Shown piece by piece: positions 18,864 to 27,720 of a stretch of DNA of 50,576 nucleotides. Numbering within the stretch: the first letter of the stretch is position 1; each line of letters begins with the position of its first letter. The stretch is from a virus. Taxonomy: Duplodnaviria > Caudoviricetes. The DNA is taken from positions 1 through 50,576 of the IMG/VR virus record IMGVR_UViG_3300037424_002766; one strand, given 5' to 3'. The notes below the pieces were generated by a model, which worked only from the letters and a program-made list of their open reading frames with translations, was not told where the DNA came from and did no database searches. The position numbers were made by a program, and so were the translations under genes.

Positions 18864-19289
18864 TTACTTATCAAATGCGCTTAATATTCGGTCAAGGTCT
18901 TCTGGCAACAAACCACTATGAGGGTCGGTTCGGACGCAAAAATTTTTTAACAATGGGTCCTCAAGCTCTAAATTATCATCAATTATTACAAATTCTTCGA
19001 CCTGAGAATGCTTCAGAAAATTTTTGATTCCATCTTCCTTAGGAATATCACGCTCTATAGCACTTATTATGGATTCCTCAAGCACACCTCTTTGGTAAAG
19101 CAAATCTCTAACTACTTGAAAATCAAAGTTATCCTTCCATGAAGAAATAATAACCACCTTGGCTCCAGTGCGCCTTAAGGCTTCGTTTAAAACTGCTATA
19201 CAGTAAATGTCTGTAGAATTATCATGAAATACACCTGTAGAATTACAGTCATTTAATACTCCATCTATGTCCAAAAAAAACACTCTCAC
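18864..19289 (-). CDS. HAD-superfamily hydrolase (Swiss-Army-knife RNA-repair HAD type)
   Basis: FLDIDGVLN, IISSWK, FVIIDD, TDPHSGL; GTG 19289 overlaps the upstream TGA (GTGA). Confidence 0.85.
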   Translation of the reverse strand: MRVFFLDIDGVLNDCNSTGVFHDNSTDIYCIAVLNEALRRTGAKVVIISSWKDNFDFQVVRDLLYQRGVLEESIISAIERDIPKEDGIKNFLKHSQVEEFVIIDDNLELEDPLLKNFCVRTDPHSGLLPEDLDRILSAFDK

Positions 19290-19888
19290 CGTTGATATAA
19301 TTCGTAAAAACGATTTAAGAAAAGTTCTTCTGCTTCTTCTGGAGAAATTTTTGGAATTGTACAATTGGCGAGTTTTTCGCTACGCAAAAATTTTCGAGCC
19401 TCTCTTAATGACATCTCTTTCTCAATTGATTTGTTATAAATCTCTTCCTTCGTAATTATAAGTTCACCAATTTCTCTTACAAGAACATGATTATCAACAT
19501 CATGTACACGTTGTGAAAATGGATATTCAAGTCCAAATTTTTCAAAAACAATTTTCTGAATTTTATCTTCCTCAAGTCTATAACTCTCAAGTTCTGGTCT
19601 ATGTTTAATAGGTCGAACAAGGTCATTTACAAATGCTTCTGATGCATCATGAAGAAGAAAAGCTAACTTTTCTTCTCTGGTTCCTTCTTCCAAGGAACAA
19701 AGATATGAATGGAGTGCGACTGAATAATGAAATAAACAGTGACCTCCATATCGACAAAGATTAGAAAGTGCATGAGCAATGTCTTCTATGTCGATGTCCT
19801 CCAGTTTTAAGTTAAAAATATCAACTTCCCTACCAGAGTAAAGAGTCATTGTCATTGGTGCGATGATACTCTTTTTTTGTAGTTCCAT
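19286..19888 (-). CDS. HD-domain phosphohydrolase (YfdR/YfbR-like 5'-deoxynucleotidase)
   Basis: DIAHALSNLCRYGGH, YSVALHS, LLHDASEA. Confidence 0.88.
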   Translation of the reverse strand: MELQKKSIIAPMTMTLYSGREVDIFNLKLEDIDIEDIAHALSNLCRYGGHCLFHYSVALHSYLCSLEEGTREEKLAFLLHDASEAFVNDLVRPIKHRPELESYRLEEDKIQKIVFEKFGLEYPFSQRVHDVDNHVLVREIGELIITKEEIYNKSIEKEMSLREARKFLRSEKLANCTIPKISPEEAEELFLNRFYELYQR

Positions 19889-19913
19889 AACTATAAAAGT
19901 CTTGGTTAAGCTA

Positions 19914-19944
19914 CAAAAATAACAATTTTTACAATTACTTCAAA
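19914..19944 (-). promoter_or_regulatory. Bacteroidota-type housekeeping promoter
   Basis: Minus strand TTTG-N19-TATTTTTG, an exact consensus match, upstream of the HD-HAD operon. Confidence 0.7.
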
Positions 19945-20546
19945 ATTTTTCTCAATTCTGACCTAACAACGGACCTAATTTCATTCAAAGATTTATGAGT
20001 TTGATAGTATCTCATAGCCTCTGGTTTAAATGTTTCAATCTCATCAGTATTAGGCGCTAAACCCATTCTAATTACATTATTAATATATTTTATTTGACCT
20101 TTAGAATCAAGGTATGTGAGCTCTTCTGCTGTGAGTGTTGTTGGTGTTGAGAATCTAAGCTTTTCCTCAACATAATATTTTCTAACATCATCATTACTGA
20201 GATGATTAAATTCGTCAGAGGTCATTTGAAGACCAGAAGAAATTGTGCTTCCTATATATTCTTTCTGAAGGTCTGGGGTAAGTTTAGCAATATTAATACC
20301 CTGTAGATACCTATTACCCCAAATATAGATTCTTTTTTCATTATCAGACATGCTATTAAATTCATAATCTTCAAGCCAATCAGAAGTTTTTACACGATTA
20401 AAAAAATACTTCTCTCTATTGTCTGGAATAAGATATTCCATTTCTTTTTCATTAAGCATAGTATTTTTGATAACAAGGTCATTTACAAACGCAATTTTTT
20501 CACTCGTTGTCATGTCATCAAATCTATTTCTATCGAAATTTATCAT
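19935..20546 (-). CDS. Helical repeat protein (about 25-aa units) with C-terminal LNEIRSVVRSEL motif
   Basis: ATG 20546; late motif 20567-20573 (minus strand); seven degenerate repeats. Confidence 0.65.
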   Translation of the reverse strand: MINFDRNRFDDMTTSEKIAFVNDLVIKNTMLNEKEMEYLIPDNREKYFFNRVKTSDWLEDYEFNSMSDNEKRIYIWGNRYLQGINIAKLTPDLQKEYIGSTISSGLQMTSDEFNHLSNDDVRKYYVEEKLRFSTPTTLTAEELTYLDSKGQIKYINNVIRMGLAPNTDEIETFKPEAMRYYQTHKSLNEIRSVVRSELRKILK

Positions 20547-20628
20547 AAAAAGCAAAGTTTCTCCCTATAAATAGTTCAAACAAATATGAATCAAGTTTTC
20601 TCTACCTATTTATAAGAAAATTATAACT

Positions 20629-20916
20629 ATGGCTTTTCACAATGTAAACTGGACTGCAGTAAATCTGCCAGTAGGAACCTATGAAACAGGTGACCTTGGT
20701 GATGGTTTATCAGCGTCAACTGTACACCAAATATTTTGCGTAACTGGTGGTGCAATAACTATAACAGCTAAGGGTGGTGGAACTTTTTCATGGACTGCTA
20801 CAGCTGGACAAAAAGTAGATGTTGTTACAGCAAGATGTGTGGTTGCTTCTGGAGAATTTGTAGGATTCAAAGCTTCATACCAACCATCATACGGTCAATC
20901 ATTAAGAGGTTACTAA
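20629..20916 (+). CDS. Small beta-rich putative virion protein
   Basis: G/T/A-rich 95 aa; late motif 20607-20613; upstream of the neck gene. Confidence 0.65.
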   Translation: MAFHNVNWTAVNLPVGTYETGDLGDGLSASTVHQIFCVTGGAITITAKGGGTFSWTATAGQKVDVVTARCVVASGEFVGFKASYQPSYGQSLRGY

Positions 20917-20927
20917 ATTAATAAACA

Positions 20928-22115
20928 ATGAGTGTTTTTTGCGCTGAAGGATGTCTTACAGGAATGACTGTAACAGAGAAAACTCAAATCTTTCGTAGGA
21001 TTAGGAGGAAACTCGGTGCGCCCGTAATGGGAGTTGAACTACTTGATGAACAGATAGAAGAATGTATCTGTGAAGCAATCGAGGAATACTCAGGATATAT
21101 CAACGACTGGGTTTTAAGAAACAGACTTGGAGAGATGCTTGGACTTCCTTCTGAAGTTGATTTTACTTTAAAATATGTTTCTAATTCTCTTTATTTTGAG
21201 AACTCATTTGCAACACAAATTGGAGAACAAATAGGACTTGGAGCTAATGGAACCAGGGAAGTTAAAACTACTTCAATTGCTTTGACTGCTGGAACTCAGG
21301 ATTATACAATACCAGAGGGTAGAGAGGTTCTCGACATCCTTTGGTATACCCCTTCATTTATCAATCTTTTTGGTCTTGACCCTTTCGGTAATAGCAATAT
21401 TGCATTTTCCGAATTTGGCGCTTCATTTGCGGGACATTCTCTTTATCACGTAATGCCTGTATTTGACACAATCATGACTGCTCAAGCTGCTGAACTTAGA
21501 AATAGAGTTAGGGGTTCTGAGTATCATTACATGATTAGGCCAGGAGCTGATGGAACCAAGACACTTAAGCTATTTCCAGTTCCAAGAAATGGAGCAAATA
21601 GTGTTGCTGGACCAAGTTTAGGTATTGGTGGTGGAGCTGGTACTCCAGGAACAGTATTCTATACCTACAGAGATAGAGCAGGATACTACGGAAACCCTAA
21701 TTTCAGCGGAAATACAGCAAATCCAGGATGGACTGCAAGCACATCAACTGAACAAGGAAATGGGCTTGTATCAGGACCTGGTGATGCTCAACTTAATTAT
21801 ATCAATTGGAATCAACTCAACTCAGTTGCACAAACTTGGGTTAAAAAATATGCTCAAGCACTTGCAAAAGAATTGCTTGGCATCGGTATTAGAGGAAAAT
21901 TTAATGGACAACTTCCAATTCCAGGAGCCGAATTAACACTGAATAAAGATGACCTCATCAGTACTGGTAGAGAAGACCAGCAGAGGTTGCTTGACAAACT
22001 TGAGAAAGACCTTGAAGAACTTTCTTATGATAGGATTATGGAAAAACGTGTAGCTGTTCAAGAATCTGTAAACAAAACGCTTTCCTATGTTCCTATGAAA
22101 ATATGGATTTACTAA
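20928..22115 (+). CDS. Neck/head-tail adaptor protein (T4 gp13-like)
   Basis: RRKLGAPVMGVEL.DEQ N-terminus, WVKKYAQALAKE and IPG..LTLN C-terminus; position before gp14/gp15-like genes. Confidence 0.85.
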   Translation: MSVFCAEGCLTGMTVTEKTQIFRRIRRKLGAPVMGVELLDEQIEECICEAIEEYSGYINDWVLRNRLGEMLGLPSEVDFTLKYVSNSLYFENSFATQIGEQIGLGANGTREVKTTSIALTAGTQDYTIPEGREVLDILWYTPSFINLFGLDPFGNSNIAFSEFGASFAGHSLYHVMPVFDTIMTAQAAELRNRVRGSEYHYMIRPGADGTKTLKLFPVPRNGANSVAGPSLGIGGGAGTPGTVFYTYRDRAGYYGNPNFSGNTANPGWTASTSTEQGNGLVSGPGDAQLNYINWNQLNSVAQTWVKKYAQALAKELLGIGIRGKFNGQLPIPGAELTLNKDDLISTGREDQQRLLDKLEKDLEELSYDRIMEKRVAVQESVNKTLSYVPMKIWIY

Positions 22116-22125
22116 TCACGACAAT

Positions 22126-22149
22126 ATGTCGCAATAAATGTCGCAATAA
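22126..22149 (+). repeat. Perfect 12-bp tandem duplication ATGTCGCAATAA (two Met-Ser-Gln-stop minigenes)
   Basis: ATGTCGCAATAA ATGTCGCAATAA ATG: in frame with and abutting the next start. Confidence 0.9.
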
Positions 22150-22722
22150 ATGGCTGATTTAAACGAAATAGGAAGGCAACCAGAGGAATTCAGTGATGAT
22201 GAGAGAAAGCCTGATGGAATTGACTTATTCTTTGGAGACAAAGAGCGAGCCTTCTTTAGCTCTGCGGGTAGAGAAATTTCTGAGAACATTCTCAAGGAAT
22301 CGTTTATGCTTTATAGAATGGACCTTAAGAGAACAGAAACTCACTCACTATACGGACAAGCTAAGTCATACCAAAAAGCCTGGAAGCCTGAAGTTAAGAT
22401 ACTTGGAAGAATTAATGTAGAAACTGTGGAGCCAGAATACATGGCTGACGGTGGTCTTATCAAAAAAGGTTTCGGTAAACTTACAGCCCATATCTACATG
22501 GAACAACTTGAGGAACTTGACCTTGCAGAATATAAGCAAAATCAACTTGTAGTTTACGACATCAACAACGGTGACTTCATTGGATATAAAGATGAGTATT
22601 ATACCATAATCAACAATGGATACGCTCAAATTTCAAATGAATTTTCATGGGGTGGCGATAGAAGATTTTACATCACTGTTACTGCTATTGAGGTTGATGA
22701 AGATGTCTTCAAGGCAAGGTAA
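22150..22722 (+). CDS. Neck/head closure protein (T4 gp14 position)
   Basis: Follows gp13-like gene; TETHSLYGQA and GDFI motifs; expected size. Confidence 0.65.
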   Translation: MADLNEIGRQPEEFSDDERKPDGIDLFFGDKERAFFSSAGREISENILKESFMLYRMDLKRTETHSLYGQAKSYQKAWKPEVKILGRINVETVEPEYMADGGLIKKGFGKLTAHIYMEQLEELDLAEYKQNQLVVYDINNGDFIGYKDEYYTIINNGYAQISNEFSWGGDRRFYITVTAIEVDEDVFKAR

Positions 22723-22739
22723 GCTCAAAATTCTAAATT

Positions 22740-23065
22740 TACAAAACTCCAGAGTTTCTTAAGTTAATATTAACTTCACTAAATCCTTTTACCAGACTTA
22801 GAGAAAACTCCAAAATTGAAACGCCCCCCCTATAGTCCCCCCTCTTTGAAAATTAATTTTCTAAAAGGTGCTGTGTGAGAGATTGCCAATGAATAATTTA
22901 TTGGACTTACATCTGCAGGGACAGCTAATCAGATAAATCTGACGGACTATAGGGAGTGCGCTTATTTGTGTTTTAACGAGTCTGGTAAATTACCATGCCC
23001 AGTGTAAAATCTCTGCATCAGAAAGCAACGCCCCCAAAAATAAAACTGGTATGCAGAGCAAAAGC
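22740..23065 (-). ncRNA. Predicted structured non-coding RNA or RNA-primed origin element (family unknown)
   Basis: 397-bp ORF-free gap with nested helices of 11 and 18 bp, G.U pairs that work only on the minus strand, and a minus-strand promoter just upstream. Confidence 0.55.
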
Positions 23066-23070
23066 CAAGG

Positions 23071-23103
23071 CAAATGTAATAAATAAAAACAGTGGTTTCC
23101 AAA
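23071..23103 (-). promoter_or_regulatory. Bacteroidota-type promoter firing into the non-coding gap
   Basis: Minus strand TTTG-N21-TACATTTG. Confidence 0.6.
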
Positions 23104-23134
23104 TTTATTCTAACTATTTATGAAAAAAGGGAAC

Positions 23135-23851
23135 ATGGCGGTTAATGACAATATAGGAAAGATGCTCGATGGTGATTTTGAAAATTTCAATTACCTACCA
23201 CAAAAGCTTATGCTTGAGGACCTTGACCAAGGAATAAAAGATTATATTGATAGTCTTGAAATTAGTATGGTTAATGAAAATGGTATCCTTTCTAAAGTTC
23301 CACTTATTTGGCTTGCTCAAGAACTTTGGGCTGAGAGAAAGATGAACTGGAAAGAAATGAGAAATGAGCTTGGCGAGGAAATTACACGTCCATTCATGAC
23401 AATTTATAGAAATTCAGCAGTTCCAGGAACATCACCACTCAAGAGGACAATCCCTAAGAAGATGAGGTTTAGGTTCGTTAAGGTTCCAACTTTTGACGGA
23501 ACACTTAAGGGATATGACCTTTATAAAATACCACAACCAGTATATGTCGATACAAATTACACATTAAGTTTGTTCACTCACTACATGGTTGACATCAATG
23601 TTTTCTATGAAATGATACTTGCTGAGGGGTACTCAGATGGTCAAGGATATATGAAAATTAATGGGCATAATATCTCTTCGAAATTGAACGGTGACCCAAG
23701 TGAGAATAACAAGACAGATATAACTCAGGAGAAGATTTATAGAATAGATATTCCACTGCTTGTGCAGGGTAAAATTGTTGACCCCACTAAGTTTGAGAAA
23801 GTAAATACCATTACAAAGGTGTTAATTAAAATTTCAGAGAAAAGAAGATAA
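23135..23851 (+). CDS. Tail terminator/completion protein (T4 gp15-like)
   Basis: KVPLIW...ERK, ITRPFMTI, PQPVYVD; between gp14-like gene and sheath. ATG 23135 chosen because ATG 23120 overlaps the late motif. Confidence 0.65.
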   Translation: MAVNDNIGKMLDGDFENFNYLPQKLMLEDLDQGIKDYIDSLEISMVNENGILSKVPLIWLAQELWAERKMNWKEMRNELGEEITRPFMTIYRNSAVPGTSPLKRTIPKKMRFRFVKVPTFDGTLKGYDLYKIPQPVYVDTNYTLSLFTHYMVDINVFYEMILAEGYSDGQGYMKINGHNISSKLNGDPSENNKTDITQEKIYRIDIPLLVQGKIVDPTKFEKVNTITKVLIKISEKRR

Positions 23852-23901
23852 TTGGATAATGTTTTATCTTTTTTCTTCTATTTATAATAAAGTTTGAATA
23901 C

Positions 23902-24225
23902 ATGAAAATTAAGAACAAGAAAAACTCGGCAAACTACGTGAATTTTAAGGACAACGGAATTCCTAAAAAAATCATCATTGCCGCTGGTGTTACAGCCAAT
24001 ATTCCAGCTCTTACTAAAGTGTCACAAATTACTAACTACGGAGATTTCAAGAGAGGATTTTTTGAAATTGTAGATGAGGCACCAGTTAACACTGTTGTTG
24101 TTGCAACTGAAAAGAAGGCAGAGACTACAAAGAAAAAATCAACTTCTACCAAGAAGAAAAAAGACGAAGATTCTCTTGAGAAGGTAGAAAAAGAAGTAAA
24201 AAATTATACCGATAACGAGGAATAA
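23902..24225 (+). CDS. Small 'KIKN' domain protein with Lys-rich tail
   Basis: Late motif 23879-23885; paralogous to 7564; directly upstream of the sheath. Confidence 0.7.
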   Translation: MKIKNKKNSANYVNFKDNGIPKKIIIAAGVTANIPALTKVSQITNYGDFKRGFFEIVDEAPVNTVVVATEKKAETTKKKSTSTKKKKDEDSLEKVEKEVKNYTDNEE

Positions 24226-24263
24226 TAAATAGAAAGTAACTAACAAAAATTAATAATAGCGAT

Positions 24264-26942
24264 ATGGCAACAATATTTGTTTCACCTGGTGTCTTTACAA
24301 GAGAGCAAGATTTCACAATCTTCGCATCAAGAATAGGTATTACAAGGTTGGGAGTTGTAGGTAAAACCCTTAAAGGGCCAGCCTTCGAACCAATTAAAAT
24401 AAGAACTACAGATGACTATTTGCTTAGATTTGGGGGAACTGACCCTGATTTTCCACTACCATACGTGGCTAATTCATTCTTAGCACAGTCAAACGAATTA
24501 AGTGTTACCAGAGTTCTTGGTAGCAACGGTTTCACGAATTCACCAGCATGGTTGATAATCGCTGATATTTCTGATACATACTCAGGAACAACAACATTTA
24601 GTGGACTTACATTCACTCAAACTGGAGCAGCAGCAGTAACTACTTATAACTTCTCATCTATCACAACCTCTATGACTAATGATACAGTGAGTGCTTATAC
24701 AGTTGGTAATGATGTAGTAATTAACTATAGTGGTTCTGTACTTTCAAGTGAAGTAAATACAGCTCTTGCTGCAGATTCAAACTACGTTGCCCTTGGAATT
24801 ATAACTACTGATGACACTACTACAACTCTTGGAGATGGAACATGGTCACTTTCAGTAGCAGACCTTGAGCCAAACGGTCCAAAATCTGGTTCTACACTTG
24901 CAGTTATCAGAAGTAAGAGAAACCAAGTTTCAGGAAATTTCTATTTTGACCAAGAAAGTGACATTACTATTGGGGCAGTTACAACTACACTTGGGAGCTT
25001 TGCTCTTAGTGGAACTACTGGTCCTCTTACAGCACAAACAAACAGTGGATTCACTGTATCACTTGACGAAACCAGAGAAGATTACATTGTAAGAATTCTT
25101 GGTAAGAGTCCAGAAGTGGTTGACGGAACTCCAAATCTTTATGTTGAGAGAATTTACCCTCACTTCATTAGACAAGCAGCTTCTGTTGGTGATATTGAAA
25201 ATATTAACCCAGAACTTGTTTACACAAACGAAGCTTCATATACTGACTTTGCCAATGCTTACACCAATGCGATTACTCCATGGGTTGTATCAAGAGTGAT
25301 TGGTGGAGATGTTAAAAACATATTTAGAGTTCAAACTATCTCTGATGGTGATGCATCTAACGTAGAGGTTAAGATTTCGATTGCAAATATCGACATCAAT
25401 AACTACACTTTCGATGTAATCGTAAGAAGATTTGAAGATACAGATGCTACCGCATCATCTACGGCACTTGAAAGATGGTCTAACCTTTCTCTTAGAGAAG
25501 AAGACTCAAACTTCATTGCAAAGGTAATCGGTACTACTGATGAAGAGTATCCAAGAAAGTCAAGCTTCATTACTGTTGACATGGCACCTGGTTTCCCAAG
25601 AAATACAGTACCTGCTGGATTTAGAGGATATAGCTTGAGAGAATCTGGAATTTCTGGTTCTACTTCAGCTGACATCTACTACAAGACAGGATACCTTTCT
25701 GGTGATTCAGTATTCAAAACATTCCTTGGAATTTCTGAACTTGGATATACAAACTTCACTACAAATGAAGTTTCTACCAAGAATGCAGTTAAGAGTGTTG
25801 AGACTGACCTATTCGCTTATGAAGGCGGTGTGTCTTCTGACAAGGTTACAATCAAAGGATTCCACCTTGAGAACACAGCAAATGCTAATGAGTTCGTTAG
25901 TGGAAGCATTAACTCACTTACAGGATATACAAATGACGCTCAAACCCTTATTGACAGAAACAAATTGAAATTCACTTTGGTTCCTGCAGGTGGATTTGAC
26001 GGATGGGATAAATACCAAACTTACGCAGAGCTTTATGAAGAGTTTACTGATGCTTACTTGAACAATGTAAATTCATTCAAGGCAGCTCTTGATGAAATCT
26101 CTAACCCAGAGGTAGTGGACATTAACGTTCTTGCTACTCCAGGTGTTGACTTCAGCAACAACTCAACAATTGTTAAGTATGCTCTTGACATCGTAGAAGA
26201 TAGAACCGACATCATTTATGTGATGGATGCTCCAAGACTTACTTCAGGTTCTGTAAAAGGAACTCCAGAGGAAGTTGTATCAAGACTTGAGGCTACTGGT
26301 ATCGACAGCAGTTACGCTGCTACTTACTGGCCATGGATTCAAATTGAAGACCCTAACTCAGGTAAGTATACTTATCAAGCGCCTACAATGCTTGCAGTTC
26401 AAACTTATGCACTTACAGATAATGTAGCTGCTCCATGGTTTGCCCCTGCTGGTCTTAACAGAGGTCTTGCTGGTCCACAAGTTGTTAGAGCTGACATCAG
26501 ATTGAACAATAACGATAGAGATACACTTTACCAAGGTAGAGTTAACCCAATCGCAACATTTGTACAACAAGGAGTTGTTATCTGGGGACAAAAAACCCTT
26601 CAACAAAGACAATCTGCTCTTGATAGAATTAACATCAGAAGATTGTTACTTCAAGTTAGAAGATTAGTGTCTGCTGCATCTCTTACATTGTTGTTCGAGC
26701 AAAACGACCAAACATTGAGAGACCAATTCCTTGCTAAGGTTGAACCAATTCTTCTTCAGATTCAAAATCAAAGAGGACTTACAGCGTTCAAAGTAGTTAT
26801 GGATGACTCTAACAACACTCCAGATACAATCGACAGAAATGTGTTGGTTGGTAAGATTCAACTTCAGCCTACAAGAACAGCTGAGTTCATTGACCTTACT
26901 TTCCAAGTATTGCCTACTGGAGCACGATTTGAAGATTTTTAA
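24264..26942 (+). CDS. gp18: Contractile tail sheath protein (T4 gp18-like)
   Basis: VSPGVFTREQD, PWFAPAGLNRG, RVNPI, WGQKTLQ, DRINIRRL, FEQND. Confidence 0.96.
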   Translation: MATIFVSPGVFTREQDFTIFASRIGITRLGVVGKTLKGPAFEPIKIRTTDDYLLRFGGTDPDFPLPYVANSFLAQSNELSVTRVLGSNGFTNSPAWLIIADISDTYSGTTTFSGLTFTQTGAAAVTTYNFSSITTSMTNDTVSAYTVGNDVVINYSGSVLSSEVNTALAADSNYVALGIITTDDTTTTLGDGTWSLSVADLEPNGPKSGSTLAVIRSKRNQVSGNFYFDQESDITIGAVTTTLGSFALSGTTGPLTAQTNSGFTVSLDETREDYIVRILGKSPEVVDGTPNLYVERIYPHFIRQAASVGDIENINPELVYTNEASYTDFANAYTNAITPWVVSRVIGGDVKNIFRVQTISDGDASNVEVKISIANIDINNYTFDVIVRRFEDTDATASSTALERWSNLSLREEDSNFIAKVIGTTDEEYPRKSSFITVDMAPGFPRNTVPAGFRGYSLRESGISGSTSADIYYKTGYLSGDSVFKTFLGISELGYTNFTTNEVSTKNAVKSVETDLFAYEGGVSSDKVTIKGFHLENTANANEFVSGSINSLTGYTNDAQTLIDRNKLKFTLVPAGGFDGWDKYQTYAELYEEFTDAYLNNVNSFKAALDEISNPEVVDINVLATPGVDFSNNSTIVKYALDIVEDRTDIIYVMDAPRLTSGSVKGTPEEVVSRLEATGIDSSYAATYWPWIQIEDPNSGKYTYQAPTMLAVQTYALTDNVAAPWFAPAGLNRGLAGPQVVRADIRLNNNDRDTLYQGRVNPIATFVQQGVVIWGQKTLQQRQSALDRINIRRLLLQVRRLVSAASLTLLFEQNDQTLRDQFLAKVEPILLQIQNQRGLTAFKVVMDDSNNTPDTIDRNVLVGKIQLQPTRTAEFIDLTFQVLPTGARFEDF

Positions 26943-26968
26943 ATTATTGATATAAGATATTTTCAAAT

Positions 26969-26998
26969 AAAAAAGCGATTCGAAATAATCGCTTTTTT
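26969..26998 (+). terminator. Intrinsic terminator after the sheath gene
   Basis: AAAAAAGCGATT-loop-AATCGCTTTTTT. Confidence 0.75.
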
Positions 26999-27117
26999 AT
27001 TTTATTTTTGTAGAATCAATGAATTTGTGGATTATTTATAAAAAACAAATTCATGGAATTGTACAATACAAATCAAGTAGGAATAAATTGTCATTTTCAT
27101 ACAATAAAATAAAATTT

Positions 27118-27243
27118 ATGAGAAAAATTTTTGAAGCAATAATCACAATTGGATTAATATTCTTGATTAGTTCTTGTGCCAGCAGAGCTCATTGTGATGC
27201 TTACAGTGCATACGAAAAAGATTCCACAGAAGTGGTTGGATAG
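27118..27243 (+). CDS. Small lipoprotein (41 aa)
   Basis: MRK + hydrophobic stretch + lipobox ISSC, then ASRAHCDAY; ATG 27118. Confidence 0.7.
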   Translation: MRKIFEAIITIGLIFLISSCASRAHCDAYSAYEKDSTEVVG

Positions 27244-27279
27244 TAATTTACTTCAGACTTAAACCAAGTTTGATGTAAA

Positions 27280-27317
27280 CAAAAAGAGTCGCCTAAACAG
27301 GGTGACTCTTGTTTTTT
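27280..27317 (+). terminator. Intrinsic terminator
   Basis: AAGAGTCGCCT-loop-GGGTGACTCTT followed by GTTTTTT. Confidence 0.7.
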
Positions 27318-27330
27318 GTATATTTGTATT

Positions 27331-27720
27331 ATGATTAGGGTAATTCATAAGAAAGATGCGGATAAGCATGAAAAAGTTGTTTATATTGGCCGTGGCTCTG
27401 CTCTTGGAAATCCTTACACGAGTATTAAAGGCCGTGATACCATGGCCAAATTCGTTGTAGATTCCAGGAGCGAAAGTATTGATAGTTTCAGAAAATACCT
27501 ACTTGAGTGCATAGAACAAAAAGAAGAAAAAATATGTAACTTGCTGAATCAAATATATTTATTGGCAATGGAAGGTGAAGTGTGTCTATCGTGCTACTGT
27601 AAACCAAAGTCTTGTCATGGAGATGTAATCAAAGAAATTATTGAAGAGAAGATAAAAGAAAAGTCCCAACCAGATTCGGAAGGGACTCAACTTAATATTT
27701 TTGGTGAAGACCTTAATTAG
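27331..27720 (+). CDS. DUF4326-family protein
   Basis: VYIGRGS..GNPY and LSCYCKPKSCHGDVI; ATG 27331 lies 4 nt after TATATTTG (possibly leaderless). Confidence 0.85.
   Translation: MIRVIHKKDADKHEKVVYIGRGSALGNPYTSIKGRDTMAKFVVDSRSESIDSFRKYLLECIEQKEEKICNLLNQIYLLAMEGEVCLSCYCKPKSCHGDVIKEIIEEKIKEKSQPDSEGTQLNIFGEDLN

Noticed and set aside
19286-19888. DatZ and a Z-base genome
   Set aside because: The HD family is compatible, but no purZ or mazZ lies in the window, so it cannot be supported here.
22821-22961. GACTA/TAGTC pair suggesting a group I intron P7 helix
   Set aside because: On both strands TAGTC precedes GACTA, the reverse of the R-then-S order, and the flanking genes are complete.
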